A stretch of 64,000 nucleotides of DNA from Candidatus Eiseniibacteriota bacterium (GTDB lineage Bacteria > Eisenbacteria > RBG-16-71-46 > CAIMUX01 > VGJL01): positions 1-64,000 of the forward strand of contig JBHGAY010000021.1 of NCBI GenBank assembly GCA_041946735.1, written 5' to 3'. The notes below the pieces were generated by a model, which had not been told where the DNA came from, ran no database searches, and saw only the letters and a list, made by a program, of their open reading frames with translations. Numbering within the stretch: the first letter of the stretch is position 1; each line of letters starts with the position of its first letter. A program made the translations under genes and the position numbers. This document shows, piece after piece, positions 1 through 7,977 of this stretch.

Positions 1-64
1 TCCGGATTCGAACCGGAGAATAACGGTTTTGCAGACCGTCGCCTTACCACTTGGCTATGGCGCC
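1..64 (-). tRNA. tRNA-Cys(GCA), 3' end cut by window edge
   Basis: Reverse complement GGCGCCATAGCCAAGTGGTAAGGCGACGGTCTGCAAAACCGTTATTCTCCGGTTCGAATCCGGA; anticodon loop CT-GCA-AA, T-loop GTTCGAAT. Confidence 0.95.
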
Positions 65-128
65 TTCCCGTCCATCTCGCAAGGCGGTCGCGGAGGCCTG
101 GAGGACGCGCCCGCATAGGGCAGAAGAA

Positions 129-203
<75 letters not shown>

Positions 204-293
204 TCTTCGATCTCTGCGACCTCTGTCGCGGCGGATGCCCTCGATAGGCGAAGGCGGTCGAGCCGACCAGGCGTTCACCGTCCGCAAGGCCGG

Positions 294-323
294 ATTCTAG
301 GGGCGCCGTTCGGATTGCGTCAA
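294..323 (-). promoter_or_regulatory. sigma70-type promoter for the tRNA-Gly/Cys operon
   Basis: TTGACG-N18-TAGAAT followed by GC-rich CCGGGCC discriminator-like sequence, about 90 nt upstream of tRNA-Gly. Confidence 0.65.
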
Positions 324-430
324 CCCTTCAATTCCCCGGCAATTCCAGCAACGCCGGCCACGCGCGCGAGAGAGCGACGCGAAGCCCGGCGCTGGCGCCG
401 GCGCGGCCGCCGACCTATTCTCGTGCCCCG

Positions 431-1708
431 ATGGCCACGCTCGTCCAGAAGTTCGGGGGCACCTCGGTCGGCACCCCGCAGCAGTTCCTCGACGTAGCCC
501 GAAGGATCCTCCAGGCTCGCGAGCGCGGGCATCGCGTGGTCGTCGTCGTTTCGGCGATGGGGCAGACGACCGACGAGCTGATCGACCTCGCCTACAGCGT
601 CACGCCTCGCCCGCCGCGCCGCGAGATGGACATGCTCCTTACGGCGGGCGAGAGGATCTCCATGGCGCTCCTCGCCATGGCGCTCGACCGGCTCGACGCG
701 CCGGCGATCTCCTTCACAGGAAGCCAGAGCGGCATCATCACCGACGAGCGGCACAGCGACGCTCGCATCGTGGAGATCCGGCCGATGCGGATCGAGCAAG
801 CGCTGGAGGAGGATCGCGTCGTCATCGTCGCCGGCTTCCAGGGCGTCTCTTCGAAGAAGGAAGTGACGACGCTCGGGCGCGGCGGCTCCGACACGACGGC
901 GGTCGCGCTCGCGATCCGCTTCGGGAGTCCCTGGTGCGAGATCTTCACCGACGTCCCGGGGGTCCTCTCGGCCGATCCTCGCATCGTCCCGGCCGCGCGA
1001 CGGCTCGATCGGATCGGGCATGATCCGATGATCCTTCTGTCCCACCTCGGCGCGCAGGTGCTGTTCCGGCGCTCCGTCATCCTGGCCCGCAAGTTCGGCA
1101 TGCCGATCCGGGTCCTGCCCTCCGCCGAGGACGGCCCCGGCACCTGGATCGGCGCGGAGGCATCGATGTCCGCTGGCCCGACTCCGTCCTCATCCCCGTC
1201 CCCGGCTTCGGGCGCCTCCTCCTCCCCGGCGCACGCCCCCCTGGAGACCGACCGAATCGTCTCCGTCGCGCTCGAGCCGCGCTGCGTCGCGATCGAGGTC
1301 GAAGGGGACGGCGATGCCTCGACGCTTCTCGGCGTCCTGGAAGCCGATCCCGCCGCCATCTGGACCTGGGTGGAGACGCACCCTCTTGCGCCCGGGAAGG
1401 TTCTCGTCCGCGGCGTCGCGCCGGCACCGGGTCCGGACGAGGAGGCGCTTCGAGAGCGCTGCCGGCCGCATCGCGCGATCTGTCGCGTCTGCCGCGACGT
1501 CGCGGTGGTCAGCCTGGTCGGCGAAGGGATCCTTTCGCGCCCGGCGCTCCTCGCAGAGGCGTGGAAGCGGCTCTCCGAGGCCGGGGTCGAAGTGCGCGCC
1601 GCACGCTCGGCGAGCCTCTCGCTCTCCTACCTCGTGGCAGAGAGCCAGGCGGGCGACGCGGTGCGCTGCCTGCACGCCGCGTTTCTCGAAGAGCCGTCCA
1701 GGCAATGA
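431..1708 (+). CDS. lysC: aspartate kinase
   Basis: VQKFGGTSV, VVSAMG-TTD, AGFQG, TTLGRGGSDTTA, TDVPGV-SADPR motifs; C-terminal ACT-like region (VSLVGEG). Confidence 0.92.
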   Translation: MATLVQKFGGTSVGTPQQFLDVARRILQARERGHRVVVVVSAMGQTTDELIDLAYSVTPRPPRREMDMLLTAGERISMALLAMALDRLDAPAISFTGSQSGIITDERHSDARIVEIRPMRIEQALEEDRVVIVAGFQGVSSKKEVTTLGRGGSDTTAVALAIRFGSPWCEIFTDVPGVLSADPRIVPAARRLDRIGHDPMILLSHLGAQVLFRRSVILARKFGMPIRVLPSAEDGPGTWIGAEASMSAGPTPSSSPSPASGASSSPAHAPLETDRIVSVALEPRCVAIEVEGDGDASTLLGVLEADPAAIWTWVETHPLAPGKVLVRGVAPAPGPDEEALRERCRPHRAICRVCRDVAVVSLVGEGILSRPALLAEAWKRLSEAGVEVRAARSASLSLSYLVAESQAGDAVRCLHAAFLEEPSRQ

Positions 1709-1776
1709 GCGGGGGCGAGTGACGAATCGAGGAGGCGATCCGCGAGTGGAGTGCCCGAGCGAGCCCGGCCGCCGTC

Positions 1777-3255
1777 CTACAGCCGGCTCTCGATCGCCCT
1801 CTGGTACGCCCCGACGTACTTCTGCGCGGCCCGTCCCCAGGAGAAGTCGATTCGCATCACCTGGGAAAGGAGCTTCTTCCAGGCGCGATCGCGCGCGTAG
1901 GCGGCCAGCGCTCGATCGATCGCGTGCAGCATCGCGCGGCTCGTGTATTCCGTGAAGACGAATCCGTTGCCTCGTCCCGTATCCGGGTCGTACTCCTGCA
2001 CGGTGTCCGCGAGCCCGCCCGTCGCCCGCACGATCGGAATCGTTCCGTAACGCAGGCTGTACATTTGATTGAGCCCGCACGGCTCGTATCGCGAAGGCAT
2101 CAGGAACATATCGCTCCCAGCCTCGATCAGATGCGCGAGAGGATTGTTGAAGGTCAAGCTGACCGCGACCTTGTGCGGGTGCTTCCGGGCGAGATCGCGC
2201 AGAAGCTTCTCGTACTTCGGCAGTCCGTTTCCGAGGACGACGAGAGCCAGGTCCCGTTGCATCAGATCCTTCGCCGACTCCTCGATCAGGTCGAGCCCCT
2301 TCTGGTCGACGAGACGCGAAATCATTCCGATCACCGGAACACTTCGCCCCTCCGGCAGCTCCATCGCCTGGAGCAACCGCCGCTTGTTCTCCCTCTTGGG
2401 CCCCAGGTCGGACGCCGAGTAGTTGGCAGGGATCAGCGGATCGGTCTCGGGATTCCACTCCTCCACGTCGATCCCGTTCAGGATCCCGATCACGTCGTCG
2501 CCGCGGAGAGCGAGAACTCCCTCCAGGCCGAATCCGTACTCCGGCTGCTGGATCTCGTGTGCGTACCGCTCGCTCACCGCGGAGATCAGGTCCGCGTACA
2601 GGATCGCCGCCTTCATGAAGTTCACCTTGCCGAAGTACTCGAGCGGCCCCATCGGATAGAAAAACTTCTCGCGATAGCCGGCGCCGAGGTCGGCGAGGAC
2701 TTCGGGCGGAAAGATCCCCTGGTAGCCCATGTTGTGGATCGCGAAGAGCGTCCCGGTTCGCTGGAGCGCCTCGTAGCGCGAGCGATCCTCGCGCATCAGG
2801 AACGGCACGAGACCGGTCTGGTAGTCGTTGCAGTGAACCACTTCGGGAACCATGCCGATCGAGCGCATCGCCTCCAGAACGGCACGCGAGAAGAAAACGA
2901 AACGGCGTGCATTGTCCGGCCAGTCCTGACCTGTTGCGGGGTCGACGTAGGGATCGGGACGGTCGAAGAGGTCCCGGTTCTGGATCAGCAGCACCTCCAT
3001 CCCCGGCACGCCGATCCGCGCGCGCTCCACCTCTGCGCGCATCGTCCCCGTTCCCATCGGGACGTCGATTGATCCGAGCGAGGAGAGCGAAAGCGCGGGA
3101 AGCCGGTCGGTGGGCAGGACGGGAGGCCTGGGAAGGAAGACCGATACGCGATGCCCGAGCCGGGCAAGCTCGCGTGGAAGCGCTCCGATGACGTCGGCTA
3201 GCCCTCCGACCTTGACGAACGGAACCATCTCCGCGGCGGCGATCGCGATCCTCAC
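1777..3255 (-). CDS. glgA: glycogen synthase (GT5)
   Basis: KVGGLADV, HCNDYQT, IHNMGYQG, GILNGID, SRLVDQKG, MPSRYEPCGLNQ, TGGLADTV; GTG start. Confidence 0.96.
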   Translation of the reverse strand: MRIAIAAAEMVPFVKVGGLADVIGALPRELARLGHRVSVFLPRPPVLPTDRLPALSLSSLGSIDVPMGTGTMRAEVERARIGVPGMEVLLIQNRDLFDRPDPYVDPATGQDWPDNARRFVFFSRAVLEAMRSIGMVPEVVHCNDYQTGLVPFLMREDRSRYEALQRTGTLFAIHNMGYQGIFPPEVLADLGAGYREKFFYPMGPLEYFGKVNFMKAAILYADLISAVSERYAHEIQQPEYGFGLEGVLALRGDDVIGILNGIDVEEWNPETDPLIPANYSASDLGPKRENKRRLLQAMELPEGRSVPVIGMISRLVDQKGLDLIEESAKDLMQRDLALVVLGNGLPKYEKLLRDLARKHPHKVAVSLTFNNPLAHLIEAGSDMFLMPSRYEPCGLNQMYSLRYGTIPIVRATGGLADTVQEYDPDTGRGNGFVFTEYTSRAMLHAIDRALAAYARDRAWKKLLSQVMRIDFSWGRAAQKYVGAYQRAIESRL

Positions 3256-3348
3256 GGCCTACCCTTCCCCTTCCTTTGCCCCTTCCCTGGCCCCCGTGCC
3301 TTCACCCTCGCCTCTCCTTGGCCCTCGCCTTCGTCTGCCCGGCGCGGA

Positions 3349-4590
3349 TCAGGCTCCGACTCCTCCAGCCGGCGCGCCGGCATCCTTCTCCGGACCGCTC
3401 GGCCCGCCGCCGGCTCCCGGCTCGCTCTCCGGGCCGGATGATGCGGCGACTTCGTCCCCCGGGTGGCCATCGCTTGACTCGCCGGTTCCGCCGGCCTCGC
3501 TGCCGGCCTCGCCCGCCTCGCCGGGAGGGCCACCTGGATTGCCGGGCATGGCGCCGCCGGTCCCGCTCGCGACCGCGTCCGCGGAGATCATCGCCTCCCG
3601 CAGATACTCCGCTGCTTCTTCCGGCGGAGTCGGGTTGATGTAGAACCCGGTCCCCCATTCGAAGCCGGCCACCTTCGTCAGCTTGGGCATCAGTTCGAGG
3701 TGCCAGTGATAGTGCAGCGGATTCTCCCAATCGTGGGAGGGGCTCGTGTGAAGAACGAAGTTGTACGGAGGATTGTTCAATGCCACGTTCATCCGGGTCA
3801 GCATCTCCTTGAAGATCCGGGCGAGCGGCAGGAACCCTTCCTCCTCCGAATAGTCCTCCTCGAAGAAGTGCTCGTGCTCCTTCGGGATCAGCCAGGTCTC
3901 GAACGGGAACCGCGGCGCGAAAGGCTCCAGCACCACGAACTTCTCGTTCTCGCAGACGAGGCGCTTCCCGAACGCGATTTCCTGATCGACGATGTCGCAG
4001 TAGATGCAGCGTTCCTTGATCTGGAAATGCTGGCTGCAGCCGTTCAGCTCCTCGTGCACGCGCCGAGGGATGATCGGCGTCGCGATCAGCTGGCTGTGGC
4101 TGTGCTCGAGGCTCGCGCCCGCCGCCTCCCCGTGGTTCTTGAACACCTGCAGGTAGCGGAACCTCTTGTCCTTCGCGAGATCGAGCATCCTCTCGCGGTA
4201 GGCGAAGAGAACGCGCTCGATCTGCTCGACCGGGAGCTGGCTCATCTCGAGGTTGTGGTCGGTCGTCTCGATGATCACTTCGTGCGCGCCGACCCCGTTC
4301 ATCTTGTCGTAGATCCCCTCGGCGCGGCGGTTCAGCCCGCCCTCGATCTGGAGAGCGGGGAACTTGTTCGAGACGACGCGCACGGTCCAGCCCGGCTCGT
4401 TCGGCCGGCTGTCGGGGCTGCGGAAGGCGAACACCTCGGGAGGCGTCTTGGACTCGTTGCCCGGGCAGAACGGACAGAAGCCGCCCTTGCGAGCGCTCTC
4501 GATCCGGCCGAAGTCGGATGGCCGCTTCCCGCGCTCGGTCGCGATGATCACCCAGCGACCGACGACGGGGTCCTTTCGCAGCTCGGGCAT
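3349..4590 (-). CDS. galT: GalT-family nucleotidyltransferase (galactose-1-phosphate uridylyltransferase or ADP-glucose phosphorylase-like) with low-complexity C-tail
   Basis: ELRKDP, RGKRP, CPFCPGNE, NKFPAL, GASLEHSHSQ, YHWHLE, AGFEWGTG. Confidence 0.88.
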   Translation of the reverse strand: MPELRKDPVVGRWVIIATERGKRPSDFGRIESARKGGFCPFCPGNESKTPPEVFAFRSPDSRPNEPGWTVRVVSNKFPALQIEGGLNRRAEGIYDKMNGVGAHEVIIETTDHNLEMSQLPVEQIERVLFAYRERMLDLAKDKRFRYLQVFKNHGEAAGASLEHSHSQLIATPIIPRRVHEELNGCSQHFQIKERCIYCDIVDQEIAFGKRLVCENEKFVVLEPFAPRFPFETWLIPKEHEHFFEEDYSEEEGFLPLARIFKEMLTRMNVALNNPPYNFVLHTSPSHDWENPLHYHWHLELMPKLTKVAGFEWGTGFYINPTPPEEAAEYLREAMISADAVASGTGGAMPGNPGGPPGEAGEAGSEAGGTGESSDGHPGDEVAASSGPESEPGAGGGPSGPEKDAGAPAGGVGA

Positions 4591-4596
4591 CCTGAC

Positions 4597-5910
4597 CTAC
4601 CTCCCGCCTGCCCCTGCATGGCCCGAACCGGCTCCGGGTCCTCCCCCCTGTGGGACCTCCCGTTCCCCGCGCAGGAACCGCGTCCGGGCCTCCCCGCTCT
4701 CACGATACGCGATGCCGATCGCATCCCGCAGGGCGGGAGTGAGGCTCTGGCCACGCCGCCCGAGAACGGTCTCCATGGTGGCGAGGCAACGGTCGAGCCG
4801 GTATTCGACCGCATCGGCGCCGGCGCCCCAGGCGAAGTCGGGGATCCACTTCGGGAAGAGCGAGCGCTCTCCGATCACGTTGGCTGCGAGCCCCGCGACG
4901 GTTCCCGAGTTCAGCATCGTCCCGATCCGCGTCTTGACGTGATCGCCGAGGAACGAGCCGACCTTTTGCTGGCCGGTGTCGATCGTCGCTCCATCGATCG
5001 TCAGCCGTACCGTCCCGTAATTGTTCTTCAGATCGCTCGTCGTCGTCAGGGCGCCGAGGTTGACCCATTCGCCGCAGTAGGAGTGGCCCACGTAGCCGTC
5101 GTGCGCCTTGTTGTCGAACCCGAGGAAGGTCGACGCCTCCACTTCTCCGTGGATGCGGCAGCCCGGACCGATCACCGTCCCGCCGCCGATCCGTCCCCCT
5201 TGGAGCCGGCAACCCTCGCCGACGTAGAGCGGCCCATGCAGCCAGGTGTGCGGGAACACATGCACGCGCGGGCCGAGGACGATCGGCCCCTCGCGCGCGT
5301 CGAGGACGCAGCCGGCATCGATCCGGCACCCGTCGCCGAGGCGCACCCGCTCCTGGGCATAGGCGAAGCCGTCACCCAGCGAGGCGGGAAGCGGAGTCGA
5401 CCGGAGGATCTGCTCGAGATCCGACGCGAGGAGCGCTTCGCAACCGAGAAGCAGGTCGGGCAGTCCGCCCAGGAGACGGCCCGGCGGAGCCGGCGCAGTC
5501 GGCGCTTCCGAAGCGAGACTCCGCCAGAAGCCCTCGCTGCCGGGCGGCTCTGCGGGAGGCGGCGAGGCGGCGGTCAGCACGGCGAGGATCTTCCCGTCCT
5601 TCTCGAAGGCGGCCGGCGAAGCGGCCGACAGCATTTCCAGCGCGCCGCGCGTCTCCGGCACCCAGCGATCGCGGACGATCAGCCGCGGACCCTCCGCGGG
5701 TGGGAGAGCCTCGATGCGGTGCGGCTCGAGCGCCGCGACCAGGGGACGGCAGACCACGCGGGGTCGCATGCCGCTCGCCTGTTCCCAGCGCGCCAGCGCA
5801 TGCGCGGCGCCGGCGAGCAGCTCGGCGGCAGGACGGAGCCAGGTGAACGGGCGCAGCAAACGCCACCCCTCGTCCTCGATCAGGAAGATGGGGACCATCT
5901 CCCTAGTCAT
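4597..5910 (-). CDS. GlmU-like protein: degenerate sugar nucleotidyltransferase domain plus left-handed beta-helix
   Basis: LRPFTWLRPAAELLAG N-terminus; hexapeptide region with DAREGPI, NKAHDGYVGHSY-GEWVNLGA-T-TSDLKNNY, GDHVKTRIGT. Confidence 0.8.
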   Translation of the reverse strand: MTREMVPIFLIEDEGWRLLRPFTWLRPAAELLAGAAHALARWEQASGMRPRVVCRPLVAALEPHRIEALPPAEGPRLIVRDRWVPETRGALEMLSAASPAAFEKDGKILAVLTAASPPPAEPPGSEGFWRSLASEAPTAPAPPGRLLGGLPDLLLGCEALLASDLEQILRSTPLPASLGDGFAYAQERVRLGDGCRIDAGCVLDAREGPIVLGPRVHVFPHTWLHGPLYVGEGCRLQGGRIGGGTVIGPGCRIHGEVEASTFLGFDNKAHDGYVGHSYCGEWVNLGALTTTSDLKNNYGTVRLTIDGATIDTGQQKVGSFLGDHVKTRIGTMLNSGTVAGLAANVIGERSLFPKWIPDFAWGAGADAVEYRLDRCLATMETVLGRRGQSLTPALRDAIGIAYRESGEARTRFLRGEREVPQGGGPGAGSGHAGAGGR

Positions 5911-6761
5911 CGGTCGCCGCTGGCCAGGAGGAAAGAACCTTCGTAGCCGAGCCGGACGAGCTCCTGGCAGGCGCGCTGGGCCTCATCGCGGCTCGCGAGG
6001 CCCCTGCAGCGGACCTTCCAGATGCCTCCGGAAGGCTCAGCGGAGGCTTGCCGGCCCGTGGCCTTCTCGATCCTGGCAGCGATGGCCTCAGCGCGCGTCC
6101 GGCTGGCGCTGGCGAACGCCTGGACGCCCCAGCCGCCGGATTGCCCGTCGGGCGGATGCCGTCCCGCCGAGCCGGCGGTGTACATCGGGCCGGCCGCTGC
6201 GGGAAGGACTGCGACTGCGATCGGCGCGGGCGCCGCCGCGGGCTCGTCACGCTGCGCGGGCGGAGAGTCAGCCTCTCCGGTCACGGGTCGCTCGGCGTCC
6301 GCTGCGCCCGCCGCGCCCGCTGCGTCCGCCGCGCCTGCTGTGCCTGCCGCACCAGCCGCGCCCGCTGCGCCCGCCTCGCCCTCTGCGCCCGCCGTCAGCG
6401 GAGGAGGGAGAGGCGGCGCCTCGTCCAGCGCGAGTCTCGGGAAAGCTTCGCCGCCGCCATTTCGCGGATCTTGGGACGGCAGGCAGCGTCCCTGGCCGGG
6501 CAGGCGCAGGCTGCCGGGAGGGGCGACGCGGACCGGCCCGCACCACCTCCACTCCTCCTCCGGCAGCAGCGGGCAGCCGGCGTCGTCGCCGGCGCGCGAC
6601 GCGGTGGCTTGTGCCGCGGCCCTGGCCGTCCCTGGAAGGCCAGCGACAGACGAGAGGCAGGCAAACCCACCTGCGGCCATGAGGACGAGGGCCGCCTTCG
6701 AGATCCTTCTCGAGATCCCCCGCCGCCGGCGCGTTCGAGGCAGCCGGTCAGAGATAGCCAT
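5907..6761 (-). CDS. exported SPOR-domain protein with Ala/Gly-rich linker
   Basis: Basic N-terminus plus hydrophobic segment; C-terminal WGVQAFASASRTRAE...WKVRC...SRDEA...L..LGYEGSFL fits the SPOR pattern; start placed at ATG 6761. Confidence 0.72.
   Translation of the reverse strand: MAISDRLPRTRRRRGISRRISKAALVLMAAGGFACLSSVAGLPGTARAAAQATASRAGDDAGCPLLPEEEWRWCGPVRVAPPGSLRLPGQGRCLPSQDPRNGGGEAFPRLALDEAPPLPPPLTAGAEGEAGAAGAAGAAGTAGAADAAGAAGAADAERPVTGEADSPPAQRDEPAAAPAPIAVAVLPAAAGPMYTAGSAGRHPPDGQSGGWGVQAFASASRTRAEAIAARIEKATGRQASAEPSGGIWKVRCRGLASRDEAQRACQELVRLGYEGSFLLASGDR
6295..6393. repeat. imperfect 9-bp tandem repeat, about 11 units, in the SPOR protein linker
   Basis: gcgtccgct gcgcccgcc gcgcccgct gcgtccgcc ...; encodes (AGA/ADA)n on the minus strand. 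Confidence 0.8.
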
Positions 6762-7839
6762 CGAGGTCTCCTCGCTCCCGGGCGTCGCGCAGCAGCGCCC
6801 GGATCTCTTGCGCCCGCTCGCGCGGGCAGACGAGGGTGACATCCGGCAGGCGAACGGCGATCAGCCCTTCGACGCCGAGCAGCGCGAGAAGTCCGTCCTC
6901 CGAGTAGGCGATGCAGTTCCGCGACTCGCGCGCCAGGACCGCGCCGCGCGCGCGGTTGCCGGCGCTGTCGGCCTCCACCTGCTCCCCCCACGAGTCCCAG
7001 CTTCCGAGATCGCTCCAGCGGAACCGCGCGCGGGTGGCGAAGGCGCGCGCCTCCTTCTCGAGGACGGCGTAGTCGATCGATTCCGAAGGACAGTCCTGGA
7101 AGAAGCGCGCGAGGGCTTGCGCGGCCGCCTGCCCCGTCACGCCTCCCGCGCTCGCGAAGTCATCCCGCAGGCGATCGGCGCACGACGCGAGGATCGGCGC
7201 GTGCCGCGCGATCGACCGAAGGATCGTCACGGCGGGCCAGAGGAAGATCCCCGAGTTCCAGAGCATCGACGGATCGCGCGCGAAGGCGACGGCGCGCTCG
7301 CTGTCCGGCTTCTCGTGAAAGCGCTCCACCTCGAAGACCCCGGGATGGGCAGGCACCTCCGGGCCGAGGCGGAGGTAGCCGAACCCGGTCTCGGGGCGTG
7401 TGACCGGCATTCCGAAGAGATACAGGGCGGGATCGTCGCGGCAGGCGTCGAGCATCCGCTCCGTGTCCTCCCGGAAGAGATCGCGATCAGGAATCCAATG
7501 ATCGGATGGAAGGACGAGCATCGCCGCCCCCGGATCCAGCCGCTCGATGGCGACGGCGGCGGCGGCGATCGCGGCCGCCGTGTTGCGGGGGACCGCCTCC
7601 TCGATCGTCCGGTCCGCACGCAGTTCCCGCGCCTGCCGCCGGATCTCGGGGAGCATGGACACGCCTGCGACCGTCCAAACGCGATCCCACGGGATCCACC
7701 CGGAGAGCCGCCCGACCGTCTCTTGCAGGAGCGTGCGCTCGCCGAAGAGTGGAAGGAACTGCTTCGGCCGGCGGGCGCGGGAGAGGGGCCAGAACCGTTC
7801 CCCCTTCCCACCGGCCAGAATCACCGCGTGGAGGCGCAT
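6748..7839 (-). CDS. manC: mannose-1-phosphate guanylyltransferase (no isomerase domain)
   Basis: ILAGGKGERFWPLSR..RPKQF, RNTAAA, PSDH, PETGFGY, FHEKPD, WNSGIF, SIDYAVLEK, WSDLGSW. Confidence 0.93.
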   Translation of the reverse strand: MRLHAVILAGGKGERFWPLSRARRPKQFLPLFGERTLLQETVGRLSGWIPWDRVWTVAGVSMLPEIRRQARELRADRTIEEAVPRNTAAAIAAAAVAIERLDPGAAMLVLPSDHWIPDRDLFREDTERMLDACRDDPALYLFGMPVTRPETGFGYLRLGPEVPAHPGVFEVERFHEKPDSERAVAFARDPSMLWNSGIFLWPAVTILRSIARHAPILASCADRLRDDFASAGGVTGQAAAQALARFFQDCPSESIDYAVLEKEARAFATRARFRWSDLGSWDSWGEQVEADSAGNRARGAVLARESRNCIAYSEDGLLALLGVEGLIAVRLPDVTLVCPRERAQEIRALLRDARERGDLDGYL

Positions 7840-7846
7840 GAGGCGG

Positions 7847-7874
7847 ATTCTAGCGGACCCGGCCGGGGCGGCAA
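7847..7874 (-). promoter_or_regulatory. sigma70-type promoter directly before the manC ATG (probable leaderless transcript)
   Basis: TTGCCG-N16-TAGAAT, 7 nt, then ATG at 7839; no Shine-Dalgarno. Confidence 0.6.
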
Positions 7875-7977
7875 CTGCTGGGATCGAAGCGGTGGGCCGT
7901 AGCCGGTACCTCCCTCATGGACGCACGCAGAGGACAGGGTGAGGATCGCAGCGACGATAGGCGGGATGCGAGCGCCG

